Assembly: GCF_006345805.1 (NCBI RefSeq)
Contig: NC_043010.1
Location: forward strand, 16,492,001-16,556,000
Direction: 5' to 3'
Length of the DNA stretch: 64,000 bases
Origin: Octopus sinensis
Taxonomy: Eukaryota
The notes beneath the pieces were generated by a model. It was given only the letters and a program-made list of their open reading frames with translations. It was not told where the DNA came from and ran no database searches. Position numbers and translations under genes: made by a program. Positions 52,828-64,000 of this stretch are shown here, piece after piece. Each line of letters opens with the position of its first letter. Within the stretch, counting starts at the first letter, position 1.

Positions 52828-53707
52828 CATGGTACACATTTTAGACTACAAACAGACCATTGCTTATTGCTAATGATTTATGGATCCAAGAAAGGAATTC
52901 CAGTACATGCAGCAAGCAGGTTGCAGCAATGGGGCACCATATTACTAAGTTACAATTATGCAATGGAATATTTACCTTTGAAAAAATTAGGACATGCTGA
53001 CGACCTATCTAGGTTAATACCCAGAAATGGCAAACCATTCGAGGATACACTAATAGCTGCCCTAAGAGCCGAAGGAAAAATTAAACACATAATGTGGAAC
53101 ATTGTACGAGAGTTACCAATAACTCTGGAGGAGGTAAAGCGACACATGTCAAAAGACAAGTTTATTAATGAAACCCAAAACTTCTGTGGTCAATGAAAGA
53201 AAACTAAAAATGGTTCAGTAAGAAAAAAAACGAGTTGTAAACATATCTTCAACATGTGATGGCGTACTAATATATGGCCTAAGGGTAGTGATACCTGAGA
53301 CTTTACAAAAAAAGAGTGTTAAGAGAATTCCATATTGGACATCCAGGTCGTATAAAAATGGAAAACAGTACTGGGAAGAAGGCAAAATTACAAAGTACAT
53401 AGGAAAAATGATGTATGGAGTAAAAAGCAAAAAAGGTATTGAAAAAAGACACAGAAACCAATCAAAGAAGAGATTCATAGAAAATGAACCAGACAGATTG
53501 GAAGAACCTATGGAATGGTTGTATGACACATTCCAGGTATCAACACCATTACAGGTGGTTGAATCAATGCATACAAGTGGAAGAAAAAGAAAGAACACAG
53601 AGTTCCTTCAAAGAGACATCAAAAGGAAAAAAATATGCCAAAAAGGGAGGAGGGGTGAATAAAGTAAAATAAAATAACTTCCCAAAGAAAAAAACTAAAA
53701 GGGGAGA
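52828..53707 (+). mobile_element. Ty3/gypsy pol remnant (RNase H end, integrase start), internally deleted
   Basis: GTHFRLQTDH..IYGSKKGIPVHAASRLQQWGTILLSYNY...GHADDLSRL; CDGVLIYG.RVVIPETLQK; polypurine tract AAAAGGGGAGA ending 53707. Confidence 0.85.
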
Positions 53708-54108
53708 TGTTGTAGTGAAAATGGTACTCCCCTTCCTACATGACAAAGTGGTATGAAACAGCCATTATAAAGTCAGACAGTCAGTCATTGTAGAAGGTCA
53801 GTAGTAGTAGAATCATTGTACAAGTCAGTTGGAGTCAGTGTCAGTTATGTGATATATACAAGTTCGAGTTACCATCAAGGTAGATGTTTCAAAGTCATTA
53901 TTTTGCAGAGCTATCAGCGATAGCACAATAGATAAGTCAAAGATAATAAAATGCAGAATATTGCCACAACATAATAGAGCCAACAACAACATACAAGTGG
54001 ATGAGGATCCATATTATAACAGTGGGGTTAACTGAACACCAGGCCATTTTCAAGGTTATACTTTGAAAACTTCCACCCCTAATAGAAGATGAAGACCGCT
54101 CAACTACA
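53708..54108 (+). mobile_element. Probable 3' LTR of the gypsy remnant
   Basis: TGTTGTAGT starts right after the PPT; candidate end ACTACA at 54108 (uncertain). Confidence 0.5.
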
Positions 54109-55771
54109 TTGATGTTTTTGGCAGAGACAAACAACATGAAATTAAGAATCTACTAAAACTAATGAGTGATAAAGACTTCTAGTTTGTCTTGATGACAGCC
54201 AATGGAAGAAAAAGAAGACCATTTTAGGTGATTCTATCATTATTGATTCTGTGATATTTTGGAGCTGGTTATGGCAGTTGTTGGAGCAATTGGTAGATGT
54301 GGTGCCCTCAGATCAACCTTATTTGCCACATTGCTGTCTCATGATTGGATCATAGTCTTCAGATTTAGCAGATGTTGGTACAATGTGGTCCTTGAATGTT
54401 ATTACAGGAATAATTTTTATACATCAGGGTCTTTAGTATTGTATGTTCTGGTTGACATAGAAACATTATGACAACACAAAATTTGTGCCATTAGAAAAAT
54501 CTAGCTATTTATGTGGTGGTGATGATGATGATGACACCTACACCGACAGCAGTGGGGATACAAATGTGTTCTGGACTTGAAATTTTTTATTTCTTTCTCT
54601 CTAAGAGAGAGGGAGAGGTGGGCATTATAAAATTTGTAACATTTTTTCCAAATCAATTTCCTGGCATTTTTTCAAATTAGCTGAGAAAGTTTTCCGTTGT
54701 TGTTGGACTGAGCTGAATTATTAACAAAAGCCTTCCATCTGTCCATGTTCTTTGATCAATGAAGCAATAAATGGACAAGAATTTATTTGGTTATGGAGCT
54801 GACTTGAAGAATGGTGGTGCTGCTGGTTGAAGCTTTTGGTCGTGGAGCCAATTAGTTTTTTTCTTAAATTAAAAACTGGATTAAGAGTGGAAGAGCAATG
54901 GTGGTAGTAGTAGAACTGTGTATTGTAGTAGTAGTAGTAGCAGTAGCAGCAGCAGCAGTTGTGTGTTTGTGTATGTGGTGGTAAGTTTTTAATTGAAAAG
55001 ATATTATGGCAACTTGACAATTGGAAGTGGTGGTGGTGGTGGTGGTGGTGACAAGAGGAGTGGGAGAGATGGGGGAGGCAGTGTCTTGACGTATTAACAA
55101 TAATGTTGTAATGCTGTGTGATATCACTGACGTTGTTTTACAGGGATATCTCAGTGGATAAACTCTTAAAACAATAACAATACTATAGATATCATATGAT
55201 ATGATGGGTGGGGGATCTGCTATTATCATCACCAGCACCATCTCCATTTCGACTATTAGAGATATATTGGTAAATTATCACTGCTGTTGAACATGACCAT
55301 CACTACTGAAGAGATATTGTTACAAAACAATGAAAGAACCTTTATGTGGTTGCTTGACCTGCTGGAAATAGCAACCAAGTCTCTCTGAAACAACATTCTG
55401 TCTTAAAAAGGGAAGGACACACATTAGATAATGATATTCTAGATTCTTCTTCAAAAGACTGAGTGGTCATGGCTGGAAGGCCTTTGATCATGGATCTAAA
55501 CACCACAAACACCAACAAATGATAACACCGGCAACAACAACACCAGCTGTCCTTTTGGAGCGTGACACTTTGACTACACAGTTTTTTTATTTTGTGTACA
55601 TATGTCCACCACCACCACCACCACCACCACACCACCAATCTACTGTGTCATTTATCGTCCACCACCACCACCACCACCACTGCTACCAAGTGTTAGCAGT
55701 AGTTTCAGTGCTGGAACTATTAATTGTCTCAAGACATAAACAACAGTGACACACACTTTTCACCTGACAGT

Positions 55772-55930
55772 ATGATGTGTGTGAAATTTCTTCAGTTTAA
55801 GGGGACAGAAATATTTTCACCAGCACCAGCACCACCACCAGCACCATCACCACCACTACCACCACCACTACCACCACCACTACCACTATCACCACCACCG
55901 TGTACACTTGAAACATTATTTCGTTGTAAG
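55772..55930 (+). CDS. Candidate alternative first coding exon (short RGS isoform), proline-rich
   Basis: 53 codons MMCVKFLQFKGTEIFSPAPAPPPAPSPPLPPPLPPPLPLSPPPCTLETLFRCK ending at AAG|GTAAGG; 100-bp intron to acceptor 56030; phase 0, in frame with the RGS exon. Confidence 0.5.
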
Positions 55931-56030
55931 GTAAGGAGGTTTTTATATACACACACATACAACACACAAACGTATTTATATACACACATGCATAAATTGA
56001 AATGTTTTTTGTTTTTGTTTTTTTTTTCAG

Positions 56031-56216
56031 TCATTGGTTGCCAGTGGAAATGATGGTCTGATTTCTGAAAAGCTGGGCACTGCCAATAGTATCAACAGTA
56101 TTGTAAACCACGATGATGGCAGTAATGGTTGTGGGCGAGAGGTGAGCAGGGTGGCCGCCTGGGCTGTCAGCTTCAACCGACTTTTGGAAGATCCTGCTGG
56201 TGTGGAAGTGTTCACA
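56031..56216 (+). CDS. RGS12: RGS12/loco-like exon (start of RGS domain)
   Basis: TTTTTTTCAG|TCATTG...; SRVAAWAVSFNRLLEDPAGVEVFT (RGS helices 1-2); donor ACA|GTAAGT; 62 codons. Confidence 0.92.
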
Positions 56217-56947
56217 GTAAGTTATTCATCACTCAAACATACTGAGGATTGTGGGTGGCAGGAAAATCAGTAGAGCAACGGATTAAATGCCTTGTGGTAA
56301 TTAATAGTACCATTCTATATACTTAGTTCAAATACCGCCAGGATGAACTTTGTATCTCCTCCTTCTACATTTTATTGAAGGAATACCAGTGATGGACTGG
56401 GGTAGATTTTAAGGACCCTGAAGAATAAAAGGCAAAAATCTTTCCTTTTTCTGACCTCAATTGATTTCTTTGTATTGATTTACAGTGGATCAATCATTGG
56501 TTCATTAGTGAGAGTGACAAGGGAATATCCGTAGCTTGGAGTAGAACAAATATTACAAAATATTTCATTGAAAGTGTACTGAGTCTCTCCAATGTTTATA
56601 TCTTTCATTGATATACATTAGTGGAAGTTTATATATATATCTGAAAGGTATTAGTATCCAGAAGACCCAAGGTGGCAGGTAACGCTATGGAAGGGCTGTA
56701 GTTAAACTCTCGGTTCGATAATGATACAAGTGAAGAGTCTAATGTAGATCTGGTATGGACAGAAAGCATTTCTACCACTTCTACACACCACTTTCCTTGG
56801 ATAATGGAACTGCAATTATAACATTTTTATTTTCATTTCTACAGACATTCTTATATTTCCCTATATACTCCTTATTTGCTTCCTTTTCCAAAATAACTCC
56901 TCATATTGAACTCTAATATTTCCCTCTATTTAACCATCTCACATTGT

Positions 56948-57003
<56 letters not shown>

Positions 57004-57014
57004 TACAAAAATAA

Positions 57015-57263
57015 ATGCGCCCTTTTAAAGCCTAGCCAAGCTCATGGGCCCGGTTTCCTGGTTTCTATGGCATATGTGTTCCCCAGCTGGATGGGACGCC
57101 AGTTCATCGCAGCGTTACTCATTTTTGCCAGCTGAGTGGACTGGAGCAACATGAAATGAAGTATTTTGCTCAAGAACACAATGCTTCACCCGGTTCAGGA
57201 ATCGAAACCGCAATCTTACAATCGTGATGCTGACACCCTAACCACTAAGCCACGCGCCTTCAC
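57015..57263 (-). mobile_element. tRNA-derived SINE (second family)
   Basis: Minus-strand GTGAAGGCGCGTGGCTTAGTGGTTAGGG...GGTTTCGATTCC head. Confidence 0.8.
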
Positions 57264-57780
57264 ATATATATACTCACACACACACACACATACACATATA
57301 TATAATCTCATCATATTTAGTATGAGTTGGACACACACACACACACACACTTCACATTTTCTGTTTACCAATTCCAATCAGTTGTGATCACAAGGTTTTG
57401 CTTAAGCTGACACTGTTGTTGAAGACATTTCCCTAAAGTGCTGTGTAGTGGGTTTGAACCTAGACCCTATATAGTTGCAATGCAAGCATCTTAACCACAT
57501 AGCCATACCAATTTATGACAACTTTCAGTGTGAGCCAGTCTTCTTGGATTTGGCAATACTTCAACTGTTTAAACTCTTGACCTTTTTGAGACATGGGTTT
57601 GGCCAGCATTTCCCACCTGCTGTACCTTCTTCATTCAGAGCAATAAATTACTGAATAAGATTTTGTGTTTGGGGTGGAATTGGTAATTGCATTTATTTTT
57701 GTGAGATTAACTTTATATTGCTTCTTATCAGAAACTCAAACAGAAAAAGCTTATCAGCTTTAAGTTATTTATTCAAAATC

Positions 57781-58710
57781 ATCATCATCATTATTTAACA
57801 TCCGCTTTCCATGCTGGCATGGGTTGGACGGTTTGACTGAGGACTGGCAAGCCAGAAGGCTGCACCAGACTCCAATCTGATCTGGCAAGGTTTCTACAGC
57901 TGGATGCCCTTCCTAATGCCAACTACTCTGAGAGTGTAGTGGGTACTTTTTATGTGCCACCAGCATGAGGGCCAGTCAGGCGGCACTGGCATCAGCCATG
58001 ACAACAATTTCACTTGACTCAACAGGTCTTCTCAAACACAGTATATTGCCAGACGATTGTAGGGTACTCTTAAATGGGCTGATTATGTGACACTGGCATT
58101 GGCCATGACTACGATCTTACTTGGCTTGCCAGGTCTTCTCAAGCACTGCACATCTCCGAAAGTCTCAGTTGCTTGTCATTGCCTCCATGATGCCCAGCAT
58201 TCAAAGGTCATGCTTCACCACCTCGTCTCAGGTCTTCTTGGATCTACCTCTTCCACAGATTCCCTCCACCATTCGAGTGTGACACTTCTTCACACAGCTG
58301 TCCTCATCCATACGCAACACCTGACCATACCAGTGCAGTCATCTCTCTTGCACACCACATCTGATGCTTTTTATGTCCAACTTTTCTCTCAGGGCACTTG
58401 CACTCTGTCGTGCATGCACTCTGACATTACACATCCAGCGGAGCATACCAGCTTCATTTCTTTCAAGCCTACACATGTCCTCAGCAGTCACTGCCCATGT
58501 TTCACTGCTGTGTAGCATGGCTGTTAGCACACATGCATCATACAATCTACTTTTCAATCTATGTGAGAGGCCCTTTCTTACCAGCAGAGGTAGGAGCTCT
58601 CTAAACTTTGCCCAAGCTATTCTTATTCTAGCAGCTACACTCTCAGAGCATCTACCCCTGCTACTGTCTAGGTCACTTAGGTAACAGAAGCTATCAATTC
58701 TAGCTTTTTT
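57781..58710 (-). mobile_element. RTE LINE 3' ~930 bp (ORF2 end plus 3'UTR)
   Basis: IDSFCYL...ARIRIAWAKFRELLPLL...YDACVLTAMLHSSETW...LERNEAGMLRWMCNV; 3'UTR and (CAT)n tail at 57781. Confidence 0.9.
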
Positions 58711-60240
58711 CCCTGGCATGTGATGGAATCTGTTTTCTGTACATCTTTGGTGTTTATTATAATCTTTATTGTAAGAAAAACATTTGTATACAATTAATAG
58801 AGATATATTTAAATGGCTAACGTAACTAATGTCAAAATATTTCATACACACACACATAAATGTACCAGAAAGACAAATTTTAAATATTTTGTAAGATTTT
58901 GTAGTTTCTCAAAGTATTGTTGTATGGCAAGCTATCATAATTCTCTCTCTCTCTCATAAGAAAAATAGGATATGAAAAGAAAAAAATGTAAACAATCATA
59001 ATGTTTGAGCTTGACTACTGACAAGACAGTAAGGTTTGAGGGTTAAATAAGCAAAAGAAAATCCAGCCTGCCAGTCCTAAGCTGAATCTGTTTCCACAGC
59101 CATTTGGGATGTCTTCTTGTTGCAAGTCAAAAGTGAAGCAATGTAAATATTTAACTTCATAGACTTCCCAATATAAAAATGTTTTCCTTCATTTTGACAA
59201 GGACACAGGTTATGTTACGTTGGGGAAACAAGCAATAAATTGAGCCAACTATGATGAATCACTGGTAATGAACAATTTAATTATTCAATGAAGTTGGAAA
59301 TAACTTTAAGAAGAGGTTAAGGAGGTGTGTCTTATAATTACATTGTTTCTGGTTTGATCCCAGAAGCTTTATGGGGGAAATTAGAGATGGAGACTATAAG
59401 GAAGTGAGAGGATCCGTATATGTTCTTAATTTGTTGTCGTAATTGGTCACCCAGTTTAAAGCCAGCCCTCTGGTCCTTGGCTACTTTTAGTAGAGCCCAC
59501 TCTGTTGTCATCCAGTTTAACACTACCACCTGGTCCTTGGCTATCTTTGGTAGAGTTCACTTTATTGCTTGCGTCCAGAGCAGGTCTCTACTTTGGCAAC
59601 GGTTCATCAATCACAGCTAATCTCATCCACTCCTGTATCAGGCCTAAAACCTGTACAAAAATGTTGTGTTTGTTGTCGTTACTCTTCAGAATAAATCACA
59701 AAATACACACATACACATGCATACCCCCTACCCACAAAATTCCAAAATATTATTCTACCTCATTAATAAGTGTTGTTGTCTCACCTGTCAAAAACTACAA
59801 GATGAAGAAAAAGAAATGGGTGGAAAGGGCTTTAAAGAGTCTATGTTTATTAAAGCAAGACCTGTCTGTTCTCTTGGAAACATTTGCCTGACATTCACAG
59901 ACTGGTTTTTCTCCCTACCTATATCTTCCTTTAAGAGGCCATCAATGTTTCATAGACAATTTTACTATCATTGTCTGTCTGTCTGTCTCTCTTTCTCTCT
60001 CTCTCACACACACATGCTGCATACACATATACACACTAATATATTAAAGTTTAATGTAAAACCATGTTGGTGGGGAGATGGTGTTGTGAAGTTGCATTAG
60101 GTGTCTGTGGTAGAATTAGACAAAAGATGATTTGGGGAAATAAATGGTCAAAGCTGGGAACATTGTTTTTCACTGATGCAGTTCATCAGCTGATGTTGCT
60201 TTCTCTTCAATTTAACATTTTAATGCCTGCAACAACAAAC

Positions 60241-60700
60241 ATCATCATCATCATCATCATCATCGTTTAACGTCTGTTCTCCATGCTAGCATGGGTTGGA
60301 TGGTTCGACCGGGGATCTGGGAAGCCAGAAGGCTGCACCAGGCTCCGGTCTTATCTAGCAATGTTTCTACAGCTGGATGCCCTTCCTAACGCCAACCACT
60401 CCGTGAGTGTAGTGGGTGCTTTTTACGTGCCACCTGCAGGCTGCCACCAGGCGAGGCTGGCATCGGCCACAGTCGGATTGGTGCATTTTACGTGCCACCT
60501 GCACGGAAGCCAGTCGAGGCGACACTGGCTTCGGCCACGATTCGGATGGTGCTTTTTACGTGCCACCGACCCAGAAGCCAGTCGAGGTGGCGCTGGCATC
60601 AGCCACGATTCGGATGGTGCTTTTTACGTATCTCCAGTCCAGGGGTCCTGGCATCTGCCGGGTGCCAGTCATAGGATTGGTTCAATTTCGATAACTAGAT
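60241..60700 (-). mobile_element. RTE 3'UTR copy with expanded minisatellite
   Basis: (CAT)n tail; repeated GGTGCTTTTTACGTGCCA units. Confidence 0.8.
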
Positions 60701-61381
60701 AAAATCGAAGACGATAATGGTTCTTCTCTAAAATGTACATACACACACACATACAGAATAATTAGATATAAATGTTCCTCCACATAAACACACATCAATG
60801 ATACCCACATACACACACTCTGCCTTATACATATACGTTCACTGCCATACACTTTTCCTGCATTCATCTTGATCCATAGAACTTAATCTTCTGCAGATTA
60901 GGGCACTGACCCATTACCTTTGGAACACTTACTCTTTTACATGTATCAGTCATTTGACTGCTGCCATGCTAGAGCATTACCTTAAAGGGGTTTTTTTAGT
61001 CAAAGAAATCAACCCCAGGACTTATTCTTTGTAAGCCCAGTACTTATTCTATCAGTCTCTTTTGCCAAAATGCTAAGTTATGGAGACATAAACACACCAG
61101 CATCGGTTGTCAAGCAATGGTAGGGTGTGGTGGGGAACAAAAAGACATATATACATAAATATAGACAAATACGTATATATATATGATGGGCTTCTTTCAG
61201 TTTCCATCTCCCAAATTCACTCACATGGCTTGGTCGGCCCAAAGCTATAGTAGAAGACGCTTGCCCAAGGTGCCATGTGATCAGGAAGCAAGCTTCTTAC
61301 CACACAGCCGTGCCTATGCCAATTTAATTATCTTAATTATCATTTTACTTGATTGTGAATCCTTTTTATTTCCCAAAACAG

Positions 61382-61468
61382 GATTTTCTACAGAAAGAGT
61401 TTAGTGAAGAGAATATTCACTTTTGGTTAGCAGTTGATGATTTTAAGAGGTCACTTGATGTGAATAAG
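61382..61468 (+). CDS. RGS12: RGS12/loco-like exon (RGS helices 3-4; not in the ORF track)
   Basis: AAACAG|GATTTT...AATAAG|GTCAGT; DFLQKEFSEENIHFWLAVDDFKRSLDVNK (EFSEENxxFW hallmark); 29 codons. Confidence 0.93.
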
Positions 61469-62319
61469 GTCAGTATGGCTTCATTATTAGGTGTCACATG
61501 TGTGTATGTGTTTACATGATTATGCATGCTTCTCTGTGTGTGTATATATGTATATATGTGTGTGTGTATAATATATATATATATTATGTTTAGTCCTTGC
61601 CTTAATGCCTCCTTTTCCACTCTTGCCTGGATTGGATGAAGCTATGATTCAGGCAGAGTATTCGACAGCCAGATCCCTTTCCTGATCCCCTTCTTGATGC
61701 CAACCCTTACCTGTTTCAAACAAAGGTGATAATCTGCCAGTGTGTTGAACAACAAACTGCCCAGGCATTGTTGTTATGAAAAGAACTGGAAACAAACCAC
61801 ACCTTTTGTAGAATCTAAGCTGTTTTGAATTTACAAAGATTGCACAACATGTCAAGACATGTTAAGAGGTCGACATGCTTTCATGGTGGACTGCAAGTAA
61901 ATGAACCCATCTTTTAAGGACAATGAGATTTTGTTTACAGTTAAGGAACACATGTGAAGATGAGGAGAAATACCCGCACTCACACACACATAACACGCTT
62001 CTTCCATTTCTGTTGACCAATTTCACTCACAAAGTATTGATCAACCCATGACTATAATACAAGACACCAGCTGATAGTGTCCATACAGTGGGATTGAATC
62101 CCTAACTGCATGGTTTCAAGGTCTCTTAACCACACATCCATGCTTGTGTGTACTCGTGTGTGTGTGTGTGTGTGTGATTTCATGTTGGTTGGTGATAGGA
62201 AGAGCATCCCTTTGTTAAAATAATTCTCACATATTTGCAAAAATTTTTTGTAGTTTCTAATCCCCAACCCTGGCCCTTCATATATTTCTTAACTTGAACC
62301 TTCTCTTTTCCACCGCCAG

Positions 62320-62466
62320 AGAAATTCTTTTGCGTCTGAGATTTTTGCAAAGCATCTTGGTCCAGGAGCTTCAGAACCTGTGAATGTTGACAGTTTAGCT
62401 CGGCAGACAGCAGAGCAGTTATTAGGCAAACCCACCTCAACCATGTTTGATGCTGCTCAGAGACAG
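62320..62466 (+). CDS. RGS12: RGS12/loco-like exon (RGS helices 5-7)
   Basis: CCGCCAG|AGAAAT...AGACAG|GTAAGA; RNSFASEIFAKHLGPGASEPVNVDSLARQ...MFDAAQRQ (PVNxDS, MFxxxQxQ); 49 codons. The rest of the gene was not found in the window. Confidence 0.93.
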
Positions 62467-62481
62467 GTAAGACCTCTTTGT

Positions 62482-62662
62482 ACATTATGTATGTTATTTA
62501 CATTTGATGGATATCTATCCTCATCTTGTTTGTTGTTAACACAAATTTCGGCTGATATACCCTCCAGCGTTCATCAGGTGTCGTGAGGAAATTTCGAACC
62601 TGGGTTCTCATTCCTAAGGTATTTTTCGATGTTATTATTATTCCAGGCAGTGACCTGAATAA

Positions 62663-62694
<32 letters not shown>

Positions 62695-62897
62695 ACAACA
62701 ACAACAACAAAACAACAACAACAACCTTGAAAAATACCTTAGGAATGAGAACCCAGGTTCAAAATTTCCCCAAGACACCTGATGAAGGCTGGAGGGTGTA
62801 TCAGCCGAAACATAGTGTTAACAACAAACAAGATGAAGACAAATATCTGTCAAATGTAAATAATGTACATAATTCCTCATCTCTTAAATATAGAACT
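62482..62897. mobile_element. Penelope-like insertion: inverted pair of terminal repeats, 15-bp TSD
   Basis: GTAAGACCTCTTTGT at 62467-62481 and 62898-62912; arms ~62484-62634(-) and ~62722-62897(+), each with a hammerhead-like core. Confidence 0.85.
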
Positions 62898-63609
62898 GTA
62901 AGACCTCTTTGTCTATCATTTATTTACACTGGAGGACTTTAGTACCAAACTAGTCTCTTGTTTATATATGTACTGAGGACCTTATTATTAAACTACAGAA
63001 TGGAAGAATGCTGGTTGCACAGCTTTGAGACAACTAGCAACAATGATGTTTAAGTCACATGACATATTTAGTCTTCTACCATCATCTCATTGCTAGAGCT
63101 TCTTGTTTTCGTCAGCTTCAACAAATTTTGTGTATTAGATACTTGCTGACCACAAGATAATATTTTGTAGAGAACTGGATATAAATAATTGATGTGGCAC
63201 CATTGTATGACATAAGACATAGCAAACCAACAAGGGCAGCCTCTATGCAGTTGCTTGACCTGCTAGAAATAGCTACTAAATCTCTCAGATTAAGCCATAT
63301 CAACTTTAAAAAGTGCATATTGAGCAATGTTACACTAGATATATAAGTAGACTGGATGTTTAATGGTCAAACTGTCATTATCAGGACTGATCTGCGGCTA
63401 AACAATAACAACATATATTAAAAGCTTTTGGAGGCAGATCTAAACAATAATGTGGAAACAAATTCAATATTGTGGACATGTTTCTCTCGCTTTATTGTAT
63501 GTCCACTTAGAGTGATGCTGGAGATGTATCAAAGGTTTGGTTTATAAATACGCAAACTCTGGCATACATATATACTCTCATGAGTAGTAGTAGTAGTAGC
63601 AGCAGCAGC

Positions 63610-63639
<30 letters not shown>

Positions 63640-63640
<1 letters not shown>

Positions 63641-63850
63641 ATCCTTTCTACTAAAGGCACAAGACCTGAAATTTGCTGGGAGGAGATTAGTTGATTACAT
63701 CGACCCACTGGTTCTTAATTTATCGACCCTGAAAGGGTGAAAGAAAAAAATCAACCTTGACAGAATTTGAACTCAGAATGTGAAGATGGGCGAGATATTG
63801 TTAAGCATCTTGTCCAGCATGCTAATGATTCTGCCAACTTGCCACCTTAA
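63640..63850 (-). mobile_element. SINE (third family), diverged
   Basis: TTAATTTATCGACCCTGAAAGGGTGAAAG...GAATTTGAACTCAG, as at 21570-21630. Confidence 0.75.
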
Positions 63851-64000
63851 TGATAATAATGATGAGGATGATTGGGATGGTGGTGGTGGTCACTCCCTTC
63901 GATTTTGATGTATGAGTGTTTGAAGGAGTTGATTTAAAGAAAATGAAAATGATGATAATAATAATAATAATAAGTCTCTGTACTATAGGCACAGTTGACC

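Noticed and set aside
55455-55582. Extra RGS12 exon (RLSGHGWKAFDHGSK...)
   Set aside because: No convincing donor site in frame; the gene model is continuous without it.

Overview
AT-rich, repeat-dense animal genomic DNA. The microsatellite load and the SINE/LINE repertoire suggest an octopus (coleoid cephalopod); this is inference. One protein-coding gene is supported: an RGS12/loco-type regulator of G-protein signalling on the + strand. Six phase-0 exons (42153-42428, 44440-46425, 47501-47602, 56031-56216, 61382-61468, 62320-62466) join into a 928-codon PDZ-PTB-RGS frame that runs off the window. A candidate promoter/5'UTR exon lies at about 24800-25071, and a candidate proline-rich alternative first exon at 55772-55930. 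The rest is a TE patchwork: tRNA-derived SINEs; RTE, L1/Tx1 and Dong/R4 LINE remnants; Penelope-like termini with hammerhead-ribozyme cores; a Merlin-like MITE family (8-bp TSDs, internal TTAGGG repeats) with a foldback relative; Helitrons; and mariner, hAT, piggyBac-MITE and gypsy remnants. The most notable items are an inverted Penelope/hammerhead insertion that duplicated a splice donor, an intact minimal hammerhead at 35180-35214, the alternative RGS exon, the Merlin MITEs and several long hairpins. Most ORFs in the supplied track are microsatellite artefacts. TE boundaries are approximate unless a TSD is quoted. No database search or folding was run.
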